This document shows, one piece after another, positions 1 through 10,126 of a stretch of DNA of 64,000 nt. How positions within the stretch are numbered: the first letter of the stretch is position 1; every line of letters starts with the position of its first letter. The position numbers were made by a program, and so were the translations under genes. The notes under the pieces were generated by a model that ran no database searches, had not been told where the DNA came from, and saw only the letters and a list, made by a program, of their open reading frames with translations. The stretch is taken from the NCBI GenBank assembly GCA_963841915.1, contig CAWJEN010000004.1:86529-150528 (forward strand). The letters are read 5' to 3'. This stretch comes from an uncultured Planctomycetota bacterium (lineage in GTDB: Bacteria; Planctomycetota; Phycisphaerae; Tepidisphaerales; Tepidisphaeraceae).

Positions 1-1
1 C

Positions 2-79
2 ACCGTCGTGCCGGAGCCGGCTTTAGCCGGAACCCTCCTTCTGGCCGCAGGCGCATCACTGACGCGTCGGCGGGTCTGA
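2..79 (+). CDS. 3' end of a PEP-CTERM sorting-domain protein (partial, runs off the window)
   Basis: Frame 2 reads TVVPEPALAGTLLLAAGASLTRRRV*: VPEP, hydrophobic helix, basic tail. Confidence 0.9.
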   Translation, partial: TVVPEPALAGTLLLAAGASLTRRRV

Positions 80-127
80 TGTTCTGTTATCGCTTATTTC
101 TCAATCCGTCTTCCGGAGACCCTGAAC

Positions 128-835
128 ATGCACGCTTCCACCATCATCGCCCTCGCCGCCGCTTCTGCGGCAACACCCGTCCTTGCCCAGACCAACCTTG
201 ACGGCGGCCACTTCGACATCGAAGTCGAGACCGTCTTTGGCCCCAACGGAACCGTCGAGGAGATCGAGCTCATTCTCGCTAACGAGGACGAGGGCAACCC
301 GCCGTTCCCGTCCATCGGTGAGCTCGAGGCCGACGAGGCCGTTCTCGTGCCCGGCAACATCCGCACGCAAGGCACCGCACTCGGTGGCATCGCAGCCGGC
401 TCGACCGTCTACTTTGTTCCCGAGCAACAGGACTTCGAAACCCTCTGGCTCGGGATCGGTAGCGAAGAAACTGGTGCCGGCGTGATCGTCGAAGATCAAT
501 ACGTCCTGAATCTTGTCGGTTACACCGGCCCGGGCACCTTCGTCGTCAGCCAGGCCAGCCTCGGCGGGCCGATCATCAGCATCGACACCAGCGACGGCCT
601 CACAGGCGATGCGCTGATCGCCAGCACCGTCGGTGACAGCCACTACGACTTCGCCTTCGACACCATCGGCACCTACGAGCTGACGTTCGAAGCAACCGGC
701 ACGCTCACTCCCGCCTTTGGCGGCGGTAATGTCTCGGCAATCTCCACCTACACGTTCTCCGTTGTGCCCGAGCCGACCACGGCAGCAATGGTCGGTCTTG
801 CCGGCCTCGCCATGCTCCGCCGTCGGCGGGCCTGA
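128..835 (+). CDS. PEP-CTERM protein with surface-anchored (choice-of-anchor M / TIGR03769-like) domain
   Basis: Signal peptide; GHFDI and HYDFAFDTIGTYELTFEATG motifs; C-terminal VPEPTTAAMVGLAGLAMLRRRRA; GGAG SD upstream. Confidence 0.8.
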   Translation: MHASTIIALAAASAATPVLAQTNLDGGHFDIEVETVFGPNGTVEEIELILANEDEGNPPFPSIGELEADEAVLVPGNIRTQGTALGGIAAGSTVYFVPEQQDFETLWLGIGSEETGAGVIVEDQYVLNLVGYTGPGTFVVSQASLGGPIISIDTSDGLTGDALIASTVGDSHYDFAFDTIGTYELTFEATGTLTPAFGGGNVSAISTYTFSVVPEPTTAAMVGLAGLAMLRRRRA

Positions 836-847
836 ATTGCACACGGA

Positions 848-921
<74 letters not shown>

Positions 922-983
922 GAAAGAACGGGGCCGCCACTGTAGTCACAGCGGCGGCCCCTGTCACGTGCGGCCTGCGCGTC

Positions 984-2312
984 TCAGCGAAGGTAGTTCC
1001 GCCATGCCTGGACGAGGCCTTCGTAGTTGACGCCGTACAGCTCTTGCAGCAGTGCTTCCGTCTCTTCGCCGGCCTTGATGCGGTCGACCATCTGCACGAA
1101 CCGGGCCGGATCTTCGTGGTACAAGGCGGCCGTCATCGTGTACATGACCGGGTACAACTCTGCACCAGGCATGTAGCTGTCGTCAAACAGCCGCTCGAGG
1201 TTGTCGTTGCTGCGGGCGAACTGCCTGGCGGTTTCGATCGCGTTCGGCCGCTGCATGACGTTCTCGGCCAACATCTCGGCCAGCCCTTCGTTCATCCACC
1301 GCGGAATGTGGCGTTCGCCTCTATAGCGGGCCAGAAACGCATGGACGAACTCGTGCGTGAGCGTGCGGGCCCAGCGGATCCGTGCCTGCTGCAGGCCGAC
1401 CTGATTGGTCGCTGACGGCTTGCTCATGACGAGCTTGTTGAGCCCACCGGGACGCGACGTGTGGTAGCCGGCAACCGTGTCACTGGCCTCAAACCGATCG
1501 AACTCCCGCGCGTAAGCGATCATGTCCTTCGATGAATGAAACATGTAAACGGGCATGCGTCCGACGAAGACTGTGTCGTCCTCGGCCACGTGAAACTCTC
1601 GGGCGAGCAGGGCGTACGCGTCTTCGAGTCGGGCCGTCAGCCACGCGTCGTCGATCGGGTCCCAGTCGGTGTAGATGACAAAGTGCGGCGTGTAGACCTG
1701 GCGTAGCCGCAGATTCAACTGCTTCGAGGCATCGAGCGCCTCGACCTCCGCCAGCCGCTCGGCCTCGGCGGCCGCTTCAGGAGTCACCGGTAAGAACTTC
1801 GGCGGCAGCTCCTGCTCGGGCGGCGTGAGCACCTCGACCTCAGGCAAGGCCGCGTCGGTATCCGGGACGATTTCGGCAGGTGGAAATCCGCGAAGCGTGT
1901 TCAACGGCCGGGCAAGTGCCGCGTCGATGTCTGCCTCTCGATCCGGGGCGAGGCGGCGGGCTCGCGATGCCGCCCGCGCCGCTTCCTGCTCCGCCCCGAT
2001 GTCACGACCGAAAACGATCAGCGTGATCCAATCGTCGGCATCTGTCGGCTGGCCCCGCGCCCGCATCACCGCCAGAAATGCGCTGGAAGGCGAGACGTCG
2101 GCCCAGGCGATCTGTCGCTCCTCGCCATTCACGACAAGCGTCATTCCGTCATCATCGATGCCTGACAAGCCGCCGATGACGCGTCGCGCGTCGGCCGGCT
2201 CTGCGGGAAGCGTCACTGCCACCCGGACCGGCGGATCAAAGGTTTGCGGCTCGACACCTTTGGCGGTGCAGGCGGTGAGCAACACGAACAGCAGGGCGAT
2301 GCGGAAAGCCAT
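984..2312 (-). CDS. Secreted peptidase MA-family zinc metallohydrolase
   Basis: HEFVH followed by PRWMNEGLAE; N-terminal signal peptide; start chosen from the upstream TAAAGT box. Confidence 0.75.
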   Translation of the reverse strand: MAFRIALLFVLLTACTAKGVEPQTFDPPVRVAVTLPAEPADARRVIGGLSGIDDDGMTLVVNGEERQIAWADVSPSSAFLAVMRARGQPTDADDWITLIVFGRDIGAEQEAARAASRARRLAPDREADIDAALARPLNTLRGFPPAEIVPDTDAALPEVEVLTPPEQELPPKFLPVTPEAAAEAERLAEVEALDASKQLNLRLRQVYTPHFVIYTDWDPIDDAWLTARLEDAYALLAREFHVAEDDTVFVGRMPVYMFHSSKDMIAYAREFDRFEASDTVAGYHTSRPGGLNKLVMSKPSATNQVGLQQARIRWARTLTHEFVHAFLARYRGERHIPRWMNEGLAEMLAENVMQRPNAIETARQFARSNDNLERLFDDSYMPGAELYPVMYTMTAALYHEDPARFVQMVDRIKAGEETEALLQELYGVNYEGLVQAWRNYLR

Positions 2313-2353
2313 CGTCCGCACTTTACCACGACCGACTACCCTCTGCCGTCACC

Positions 2354-3964
2354 ATGCCGGACGCCGAGCCAAGCAACATGCCCCGCCTGCCAATGGTGCT
2401 GCTCGCGGTCGTTGCGCACGGACTGCTGTCTGTCTTTGCGTACGCACCGTTTGATCAGTTTTATCTGGCCTGGGTTGCGGTTATCCCGTTGCTGTGGTTG
2501 TCGGCAACAGCGACGACGCCGTTGCGGGCGTTCGGCCGCGGCTACCTTGCCGGCTTCACATACTTCTGCGGGAACCTTTGGTATCTGTGGTTCATCGGCT
2601 TCTGGCCGATGCTCGGCACGTTCGTCTACCTCGCCCTGTTCAATGGCCTGTTTGCTGTCGCATGGCGGCCCTGGGCACAGCGTTCGAGCGTGCTCGTCAC
2701 CGGCCTGATGGCGGCGGTGATGTGGGTGGCGGTCGACTACCTGCGGGCAATGCTGCCATTCGGGTTGCCATACATCTTCCTCGGGCACACACAGTTGCCG
2801 CTGCTGCCGGCCGTGCAGATTGCCGACACGCTTGGTGCGTACGGCGTGACGTTCCTGGTCGTGCTCGTCAACGCCTCGATCTACTTCGCGTGGAAGCATC
2901 GGCGGCAGGCCAAGCCGACTGGCCTCCTTTCTGTCACTACTGGTGTCATCGTCGCGTGCACCGCCTACGGCTTCCTGCGTCTGGGTGAGCAAGACTTTAC
3001 CGAGGGCCCGCAAATCGCACTCGTTCAGCCAGACCTGCCGCTGCTGAACACGGAGCCGCCCGACGACGTTGCCCTGATGGCGTGGTTGATCGACGCCTCC
3101 CGCGACGCCGCCGATGCGTCGGAGCTTGACCTTGTCGTCTGGCCTGAATCTTCGACACCGGCGATCAATGTCGAGTCTCGCCGCTTCGGTCTCGGCGGCG
3201 ACTACGGCTCACTCATCGCGGTCACGCACGGGGCAATCTCGTCTATCTCGGCAGGCGGACCCGACTTCCTCGTCGGTGGCAGCTACCGGCTGTGGGAAGT
3301 CGATGAGGATCGGCTTGTCCAAGCCGTCGATCGTCGCAATGCCGTTTATCACTACGCGGAGGGGCAGCAGTCGCAGGACCGTTACGACAAGCGCGCCCTC
3401 ATGCCGTTCGGCGAATACATCCCGCTGAGCAGCGCGCCGCCGCCATTGTCTTTCGTGTACGACTTCTTCAACCTGTTTAACCCCTGGGGCGGCGACTACA
3501 GCCTGACACCGGGCAAGCGAGAGGTCGTCTTTGACATCAACGGCACCCGCGCCGTCACGCCGATCTGCTTCGAAGACATCTTGCCTTGGCGGACGCGAGA
3601 AATGGTGTATCAGGACGGGTTCAAGGCGGCGGACCTCATCGTCAACGTCACCAACGACGGATGGTTCCGCGGCAACCAGATGGCACAACACCTCCAAGCG
3701 GCGGCGTTCCGCTCGATTGAGAACCGCGTGCCGATGGTTCGCAGCGTCAACACCGGCGTCAGCGCGTTTGTCGACCCGGACGGCAGGATCGCCTCGCAGC
3801 TTCCCGCCGCCGAGGCCGGCGTGCTCGTCGGACGGCCGATGTTCGACACGCGCACCAGCCCGTATGGTCGCATCGGTGACGCGTTTGCTGTCATCTGTTC
3901 GACGCTGAGCGTCATCGGAATCATCGGTCTCCGGCTTAAGACTAGGAAAAAGACTCTAGCATGA
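2354..3964 (+). CDS. lnt: Apolipoprotein N-acyltransferase
   Basis: Multi-TM N-terminus; nitrilase-fold motifs VVWPES, YDKRALMPFGEYIP, PICFED, NVTNDGWF, RSIENR, NTGVS. Confidence 0.95.
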   Translation: MPDAEPSNMPRLPMVLLAVVAHGLLSVFAYAPFDQFYLAWVAVIPLLWLSATATTPLRAFGRGYLAGFTYFCGNLWYLWFIGFWPMLGTFVYLALFNGLFAVAWRPWAQRSSVLVTGLMAAVMWVAVDYLRAMLPFGLPYIFLGHTQLPLLPAVQIADTLGAYGVTFLVVLVNASIYFAWKHRRQAKPTGLLSVTTGVIVACTAYGFLRLGEQDFTEGPQIALVQPDLPLLNTEPPDDVALMAWLIDASRDAADASELDLVVWPESSTPAINVESRRFGLGGDYGSLIAVTHGAISSISAGGPDFLVGGSYRLWEVDEDRLVQAVDRRNAVYHYAEGQQSQDRYDKRALMPFGEYIPLSSAPPPLSFVYDFFNLFNPWGGDYSLTPGKREVVFDINGTRAVTPICFEDILPWRTREMVYQDGFKAADLIVNVTNDGWFRGNQMAQHLQAAAFRSIENRVPMVRSVNTGVSAFVDPDGRIASQLPAAEAGVLVGRPMFDTRTSPYGRIGDAFAVICSTLSVIGIIGLRLKTRKKTLA

Positions 3965-4962
3965 AGCGACTGTTTCCCATCGTGTTGGTGCTCGCACATC
4001 TCGTCGCGGCCGGATGTCAGTCGGTTGGTGTGTCGGCGAGCGACGTGCCGCTACCGCCGCCGGTGTTGGCGACGCCGGTCGATGATGCGCTTGTCGAGCG
4101 TGCAGCCGAAGTCGTGCGTGAGGCGGCGGTGTCGCAGGATCCTGCCCGCCGAGCCAACGCCGCCGAGGCCGCCGAGTCGCTGCCACGTGACGAGGCGGCA
4201 CAGGTCATCGTGCCGATGCTTGTGGACGAAAATGCCGTCGTTCGTTTCGCGGCCACGCTCGCCGTCGGTCGTAATCGGCTAAGCGGGCCGGGCGTCAACG
4301 ACAAGCTGATCGAGCTTGTCCGCGGCGGATCGCCCAACGGCCGCCTGGCCGCAGTCTTTGCCCTGCACCAGCTCGGGAACACGTCGTTCAGCCAGTCATT
4401 GGCCAGGGCGACAAGGGTTAGCGATCCAGTCGTTCGCTCCCACGCGGCCCTGACGCTGGGGCTCACCGGTGACCGGTCGGCTACTCGCGTCCTCGAGCCG
4501 TTGCTCAAGGACGCCGACGCCCGGGTTCGCCTGACCGCGGCGGAAGCACTGTGGCAACTCGGCAGCGACAAAGGGCTGAGCCCGCTGCTTGGCGCCAGCG
4601 CCAGCGGCTACAGCGACGACAGCGTCATCGGCACCCTCGCCCTTGGTAGTCACCCGGATCAGCGGGCGATCACGAGCCTCGAAGGCAAGCTCAGCGACGA
4701 CTACCCGGAAGTCGCCCTCGCCGCCGCCCGGGCACTTGGGCGGCTCGGCAGCGACCGCGGCTACGTGGTGGCCGTCGAGCATGCCGACAGCAAGCTGCCG
4801 TTGCGACGCGGCCTCGCCGCTGCGGCATTCGGCGACATCGGTCGCACCGACACGCAGCCGTTACTCGACAAGTTGCTCGACGACGAGAACGAGAACGTCC
4901 AACTCATGGCAGCGACGTCGATCCTGCAGATCGCCCGCACCGGCGGCGGGGCGGCTGAGTGA
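3961..4962 (+). CDS. HEAT-repeat lipoprotein
   Basis: Lipobox AAGC; repeated helical units of the LxDxdxxVRxxAAxALG type. Confidence 0.85.
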   Translation: MKRLFPIVLVLAHLVAAGCQSVGVSASDVPLPPPVLATPVDDALVERAAEVVREAAVSQDPARRANAAEAAESLPRDEAAQVIVPMLVDENAVVRFAATLAVGRNRLSGPGVNDKLIELVRGGSPNGRLAAVFALHQLGNTSFSQSLARATRVSDPVVRSHAALTLGLTGDRSATRVLEPLLKDADARVRLTAAEALWQLGSDKGLSPLLGASASGYSDDSVIGTLALGSHPDQRAITSLEGKLSDDYPEVALAAARALGRLGSDRGYVVAVEHADSKLPLRRGLAAAAFGDIGRTDTQPLLDKLLDDENENVQLMAATSILQIARTGGGAAE

Positions 4963-5471
4963 TCCGCCTGCTCGGCATCGACCCCGGCACCCGGCTGACG
5001 GGCTACGGCGTCATCGACTACGACCCGAGCAACCCGCTGCGGCCCGACCTCGTCGACGCCGGCGTCATTCGGCTCGACGCCAAGCAGCCGCTACACGAAC
5101 GACTGCTCGAGCTCGATCGAGAGCTGGCCGACATCATCGCCGAGCTCAAGCCCCGCGCCGCCGCCGTCGAGGCGGTGTACGCCCACTATGAGCATCCGAA
5201 GACAGCCATCATCATGGCCCACGCGCGGGGCGTCATGCTGCTCGCCTGCGCCCGCGCCGGATTGGCCGCCCACGAGCTTGCAGCCAATCGGGTCAAGCAG
5301 TCGCTGACCGGTCACGGCCACGCCGACAAGTCGCAGATGCAGCGGGCGGTGCAAGCGCAATGGAACCTGGCCGAACCACCCGAACCGCCGGACGTGGCCG
5401 ACGCACTGGCTATCGCCCTATGCCTCGGGCGAAGCGGCGCGGTTGATCATCTGGCGGGTGACCTCACCTGA
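4959..5471 (+). CDS. ruvC: Holliday junction resolvase RuvC
   Basis: LLGIDPG, AAVE, ARGV, VKQSLTGHGHADK, DVADALAIA motifs. Confidence 0.96.
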   Translation: MIRLLGIDPGTRLTGYGVIDYDPSNPLRPDLVDAGVIRLDAKQPLHERLLELDRELADIIAELKPRAAAVEAVYAHYEHPKTAIIMAHARGVMLLACARAGLAAHELAANRVKQSLTGHGHADKSQMQRAVQAQWNLAEPPEPPDVADALAIALCLGRSGAVDHLAGDLT

Positions 5472-6843
5472 GCACCGACTCGTAAACGCGGGCGACCTCG
5501 GTCGCTGCGTCCTGCCACCGCATGCGTCGAACCTCGAATGCGCCGCGCTTGGACAACCCTTCTGCGTACGCGTCGTCTCCGAGCACCTTCAAGATCGCCT
5601 CTGCCATGGCAGCTTCGTCCCAGAAGTCGATTTTGATCACATGCTCGACAGCGCCGGCGAGGCCGCTTTGCCGTGAGATGATCGTCGGCACGCCGTCACG
5701 CATCGCCTCGAGTCCGACCAGACCAAACGGCTCACTCGCCGACGGCATAACAAAAACATCGGCCGCGGCAAAGAGCTGCCGAACGTCGTCTGGCCGCAGG
5801 TGACCGGCAAACAAAAACTGATCAACAATGCCCAGTGACTCTGCCAACCGTCGCGTCGGTTCGGCCTCAGGACCAGCACCGGCAATGACGAATCGCGTGC
5901 CCGGCTCTTGCTCGAGCACCTTGGCAGCAGCCCGCACAAAGCCCTCGGGATTCTTCTGCTTGGCGAGGCGACCAGCGAACATGACGACGCGATCGGCGCC
6001 GCCGAGACGCACGCTCCGCTCGACGGCGAACCGCTCGTCAGAGTCGGCGGCGTTGTGCACAACCGTGATCCTGTCCCGCGAGATCCCGTACCGATCGGCC
6101 ACCACGTCTGCGGTGAAACTGCTTACGCACACCACCGCGTCGGCCCCGCGTAACCCGTCGGCCTCGGCCGCCAGCACACGCGGATCGGCCAGCTCACCGG
6201 CACGATCGTGTTCCGTCGAGTGGACATGCGCCACGAACGGCACGCCGAGCTTCGCCGCCGCCTCGTGGCCCGCCTCGAAGGTCAGCCAGTCGTGAGCGTG
6301 CACAACATCGAACTTCCGACCCTTTGCGGCGGCGTGTTCGGCGAGCTGAACGGCTGGGCCGGTGAAGTCGCGGGCATGCTCCGAAGGGTCCGCCGGGGCC
6401 GCGACATCGGCGCGGCGCGTCACGGGCCAGCGCCCGCCGGTTGGCCGCGACGGAGTAGCCGTCGGTGCGCTTGGCATTGCACCACTCGCGTAGGCACCAA
6501 CCGCTTGCTGCCCGACGCCGCGGAAGCCGACGTTCTCGAACCCGTCGAGGTCGAGCCCGAGATCATCGCCAGGTTCGTCAGGCTGCATCGGATCGGCATC
6601 GCCCGCCGCGAAGCCGCTCTTGCCGGGCTTGGGCATGACGAAAAGCACCTGATCGCCTCGTCGGCTCATCGCCCGGGTCAGGCCGTAGAGGGCCACACCC
6701 ACGCCACCGGTCACGTGTGGCGGAAACTCCCAGCCGAACATGAGCACATCGTGCGTGTCCGGCTCGGCCGGCTTTGCAGGCCGCTGCACGCTGGCATCCA
6801 TGCCGGCTTCAATTTCGTCCATAGGTTGAGTGAGATTCGACAC
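5464..6843 (-). CDS. GT4-family glycosyltransferase (glycogen/alpha-glucan related)
   Basis: MFGWEFPP..GGVG, HAHDW, HSTE, EPFGLVGLEAM motifs. Confidence 0.9.
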   Translation of the reverse strand: MSNLTQPMDEIEAGMDASVQRPAKPAEPDTHDVLMFGWEFPPHVTGGVGVALYGLTRAMSRRGDQVLFVMPKPGKSGFAAGDADPMQPDEPGDDLGLDLDGFENVGFRGVGQQAVGAYASGAMPSAPTATPSRPTGGRWPVTRRADVAAPADPSEHARDFTGPAVQLAEHAAAKGRKFDVVHAHDWLTFEAGHEAAAKLGVPFVAHVHSTEHDRAGELADPRVLAAEADGLRGADAVVCVSSFTADVVADRYGISRDRITVVHNAADSDERFAVERSVRLGGADRVVMFAGRLAKQKNPEGFVRAAAKVLEQEPGTRFVIAGAGPEAEPTRRLAESLGIVDQFLFAGHLRPDDVRQLFAAADVFVMPSASEPFGLVGLEAMRDGVPTIISRQSGLAGAVEHVIKIDFWDEAAMAEAILKVLGDDAYAEGLSKRGAFEVRRMRWQDAATEVARVYESVLR

Positions 6844-6877
6844 GTTCTGCGCAAGCTATGTCAGCTACGGCTAGACG

Positions 6878-7246
6878 TCAATCTGACTGGTCGTTTCGCA
6901 TCTCGCGAAGCCGGTCGAGCAGCCTCGTAATTTCCCACTGGGTCTCTACGGGCGCAGTCACGACGAGGCCGCCTTGGCCGTTGCGTTCGATGGTTGAGGC
7001 GCCTTCGACATCCCATTCGGTCGAAGCGACCGTGTCCTTCAGCAACAGGACGACTTCATCTATGTCTGCATCATCGTACTGCGGCTCCATCTCCGGTTTG
7101 ACTAAATCAACTTCCGGAGGGAAGCAGATCATCATCGGGATTCTGAGCATGCTGACGTCATGCAACGAGGAAGGATGAGGTTGCTCCCTCTCCGACCCCG
7201 CGGGCAAGGACGCGGCGAGAGCCAGTACCAAGAGCGTGCAGAGCAT
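6878..7246 (-). CDS. Small secreted protein with planctomycete secretin-N-like domain
   Basis: Signal peptide followed by LKDTVASTEW...GLVVTAP..TQWEI..LLDRLR; lower GC than neighbours. Confidence 0.55.
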   Translation of the reverse strand: MLCTLLVLALAASLPAGSEREQPHPSSLHDVSMLRIPMMICFPPEVDLVKPEMEPQYDDADIDEVVLLLKDTVASTEWDVEGASTIERNGQGGLVVTAPVETQWEITRLLDRLREMRNDQSD

Positions 7247-7312
7247 GAAATGCTGGGTTGTAGACAGTTCTTCCAGCGGCAGCAAGACCGATTTTCACTC
7301 TAGCGGCTTAGC

Positions 7313-9955
7313 CTAACCCGCTTCGCCTCTCCAAGCTCTGCGAAGTATATCAACAGTCGTCGATTCACCACTTTTCAGGGAAAATGTCGGCGTCGTAACG
7401 ACAGAGCCGAGCCTTGTCGCGACGACTGCGTCGCCGAAGGTCAGGTCGCGCCCGGCGAGCACGTAAGTCGTCAGCGGCTCCTCGAACGAGGCATCTTCGT
7501 GCTCGAGCTCGACGCCGAAGTCACCGCCGATGGCCATTTCGGCGACGGCGGTGAGCCAACCGCCGTCGCTCACATCGTGGGCGGCCGTGACGCCGCCGCT
7601 GCGGATCAGGCGGCTGACTTCGAGGTGGGCCTGCCAGCGGTCGTCCAGCGAGTCGCCGGAGGCTGCGACGAGGTAGAGCGTGTCGCCGGCTCGCTTGAGG
7701 TCGCTTGTCACACAGTTGCGGACGTCCTCGGTGATGCCGAACGCGCTGATGAGCAGCGTCGGCGGGATGCGGGTCGTCACGCCGGTCTTGGCGTCGGTGT
7801 ATTGGTTGTGCAGCGAGTCCTTCCCGCTGACGAACGGCGTCTGCCATGCCAGGGCGACGTCGCGGCAGGCTTCACAGGCGAGGACGAGGGTGCCCATGGC
7901 CTCAGGCGAGTCGGTGCCGGGCCAGCAGAAGTTGTCGAGTAGGGCCAACCGGTGCGGGTCTACGCCGACGCAGATGGCGTTGCGCACGGCTTCGTCGATG
8001 CTGGCGACGCTCATGGCGTAGGCGTCATCGGTAACGTGCGGAGCAAGGCCGCAGGCAATGACGACGCCGCGGTTCGAGCCTGCCTTAGGCCGAACGACTG
8101 CGGCATCTGCCGGACCGATCTGCAGCGGCCCGACGAATGGCTTGACAATCGTGTTGCCTTGCACCTCGTGGTCGTACTGCCGGACGATGCGGTGCTTGCT
8201 GGCGACGTTGGGGTGAGCGAGCACCCGAAGCAGGGCGGCATCGATCCCGTCGCCGCTGCCGCCCGCATCCTGCAAGTGATGAGCGCGGGTCACATTGGGG
8301 CCGGAGCTAGTCCGAACGGTCGCCTCCCGCGTCGGCATCGGGATGCCGTCGTGAAGGAACGCCATCGACATGCGGGCGACCTCGGTTCCCTGCCACGTCA
8401 GCCGTAGCTCCGGCTCGCCTTGGGACCCGAAGGTGCCAATCGGAGTCGTCTCGACGTCGTGCTCGTCTGATAGGGCCAACAGCTCGCTGAGCGTGTCGGA
8501 GGGCACACTCAGAACCATCCGCTCCTGTGCCTCGCTGATCCACACCTCGTCATACCGCAGCCCGGCATACTTCAACGGCACCTTCTCGAGTTGCACCTCC
8601 GCCCCGACGGCTTCGCCCATCTCGCCAACCGCGCTTGACAAGCCACCCGCACCACAATCGGTAACGGCTGTAAATAACTTGCGGTCACGGGCGATGAGCA
8701 GCACGTCAGCGACCTTCTTCTCAGTAATCGCGTTACCGATCTGGACGGCGTGGCTGAACTCGCTGCCGTGCGTGTCGGTCAGCTCGGCACTGCTGAAGGT
8801 CGCCCCGTGGATGCCGTCGCGACCGGTCCGACCGCCCATGACGACCACGTGATCTCCCGGCCGCGCGGCCTTGTCGATCTTGTCCCGCGGCAGGATGCCG
8901 ACACAGCCGCAAAATACGAGTGGGTTGTAGCGGTAGTCGTCGTGGTAGACGACGGCGCCGTTGACGGTGGGAATGCCCATTCGATTCCCGTAATCCCGGA
9001 CGCCACCGACGATGCGGTCGAGTCGCGGGTCGCCGTGCTCGACGCAGAAGACGTCGGTGTTGGCAACGGGTCGCGCACCGAGACCGGTGCCCAGGACATC
9101 ACGGACGACGCCGCCGGTGCCGGTCGCTGCACCGCCGTAAGGCTCGATGGCGGAAGGACGATTATGCGTCTCTGCTTTGAAGCAAACGCCGTCCTCGTCG
9201 TCGAAGGCGATGACGCCGGCGTTGTCGACGAAGACGCTGAGGCAAAACTCGTCGCCGCGCTCGGCCATGATCTGCATCGTGCTGGCAAAGATCGTCTCTT
9301 TGATGATGTTGCCGTAGCGACGAAGCTGACGGCCGCCTTCATCGCGGACGATGACCTCGCTCTTGAGCGTCTTGTGGACGCAGTGCTCGCTCCAGGTTTG
9401 AGCGATCGTTTCCAGTTCGCAATCCGTCGGCTCGCGGCCTTGGCTCTTGTAGAAGTCACGCACAGCCCGCATCTCGTCGAGGCTGAGGAACAGGTGACCG
9501 TCTCGGCTGAGTCGCTGCAGCGCTTCGTCGTCGAGCGTCGTAAGCGTGACGTGCCGCAGCTCGAAGGGCGTCTGCGGCGGGTGCGGCAGGGCAGCCGGAA
9601 GAAACGGAACCGCATGCACCTGCTCGATGACGCCGTTAACGACGCTGGCGTCTTCGACTGTGCGGCCGGTCATGACGCTGGTGACGCTTAGCCCGCGGCG
9701 GCGCAGTGCCTCCTCGACAGAGCCGGCGGCCGGGTCCATGACGCCCGGCTTAAACCAGACTTCCGTTGCCCCGGCCTCGGGTGGCGTTGCATGCAAGGTC
9801 GCGGTATCACGGATGCCGTCGGCCAAGAGTGGCAGGACGAGCGACTCGACGCGGTCCCGAGGCTCGCTGGTCTCGATGAGGTAAAGCCGCCGCGACCCAT
9901 CGCCGCGGACGGGGGCGGCGTCGATGCGAAAGACTTGGGTCGCGGCCTGGCTCAT
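7313..9955 (-). CDS. purL: Phosphoribosylformylglycinamidine synthase subunit PurL
   Basis: QTWSEHCVHK, KAETHNRPSAIEPYGGAATG, GRDGIHGATFSS, DCGAGG, SEAQERM, QYDHEVQG, FVSGKDSL, HDVSDGG. Confidence 0.96.
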   Translation of the reverse strand: MSQAATQVFRIDAAPVRGDGSRRLYLIETSEPRDRVESLVLPLLADGIRDTATLHATPPEAGATEVWFKPGVMDPAAGSVEEALRRRGLSVTSVMTGRTVEDASVVNGVIEQVHAVPFLPAALPHPPQTPFELRHVTLTTLDDEALQRLSRDGHLFLSLDEMRAVRDFYKSQGREPTDCELETIAQTWSEHCVHKTLKSEVIVRDEGGRQLRRYGNIIKETIFASTMQIMAERGDEFCLSVFVDNAGVIAFDDEDGVCFKAETHNRPSAIEPYGGAATGTGGVVRDVLGTGLGARPVANTDVFCVEHGDPRLDRIVGGVRDYGNRMGIPTVNGAVVYHDDYRYNPLVFCGCVGILPRDKIDKAARPGDHVVVMGGRTGRDGIHGATFSSAELTDTHGSEFSHAVQIGNAITEKKVADVLLIARDRKLFTAVTDCGAGGLSSAVGEMGEAVGAEVQLEKVPLKYAGLRYDEVWISEAQERMVLSVPSDTLSELLALSDEHDVETTPIGTFGSQGEPELRLTWQGTEVARMSMAFLHDGIPMPTREATVRTSSGPNVTRAHHLQDAGGSGDGIDAALLRVLAHPNVASKHRIVRQYDHEVQGNTIVKPFVGPLQIGPADAAVVRPKAGSNRGVVIACGLAPHVTDDAYAMSVASIDEAVRNAICVGVDPHRLALLDNFCWPGTDSPEAMGTLVLACEACRDVALAWQTPFVSGKDSLHNQYTDAKTGVTTRIPPTLLISAFGITEDVRNCVTSDLKRAGDTLYLVAASGDSLDDRWQAHLEVSRLIRSGGVTAAHDVSDGGWLTAVAEMAIGGDFGVELEHEDASFEEPLTTYVLAGRDLTFGDAVVATRLGSVVTTPTFSLKSGESTTVDILRRAWRGEAG

Positions 9956-10126
9956 GCGCCGCCAGCATAGAAGTGACACAGCCCCGCTCCTAGTCCGCGG
10001 CAAGATGGTGCCGGGGCAAGTCCAGGTACCGTGGCGGTGGGTCTTCGGCCCCCGTATCATGCCGCGCCGCTGCGCCAGCTCCTGACGCCCCTTGCCTTCG
10101 CTTTGCCTGAGACTTCTACTGCCGAC

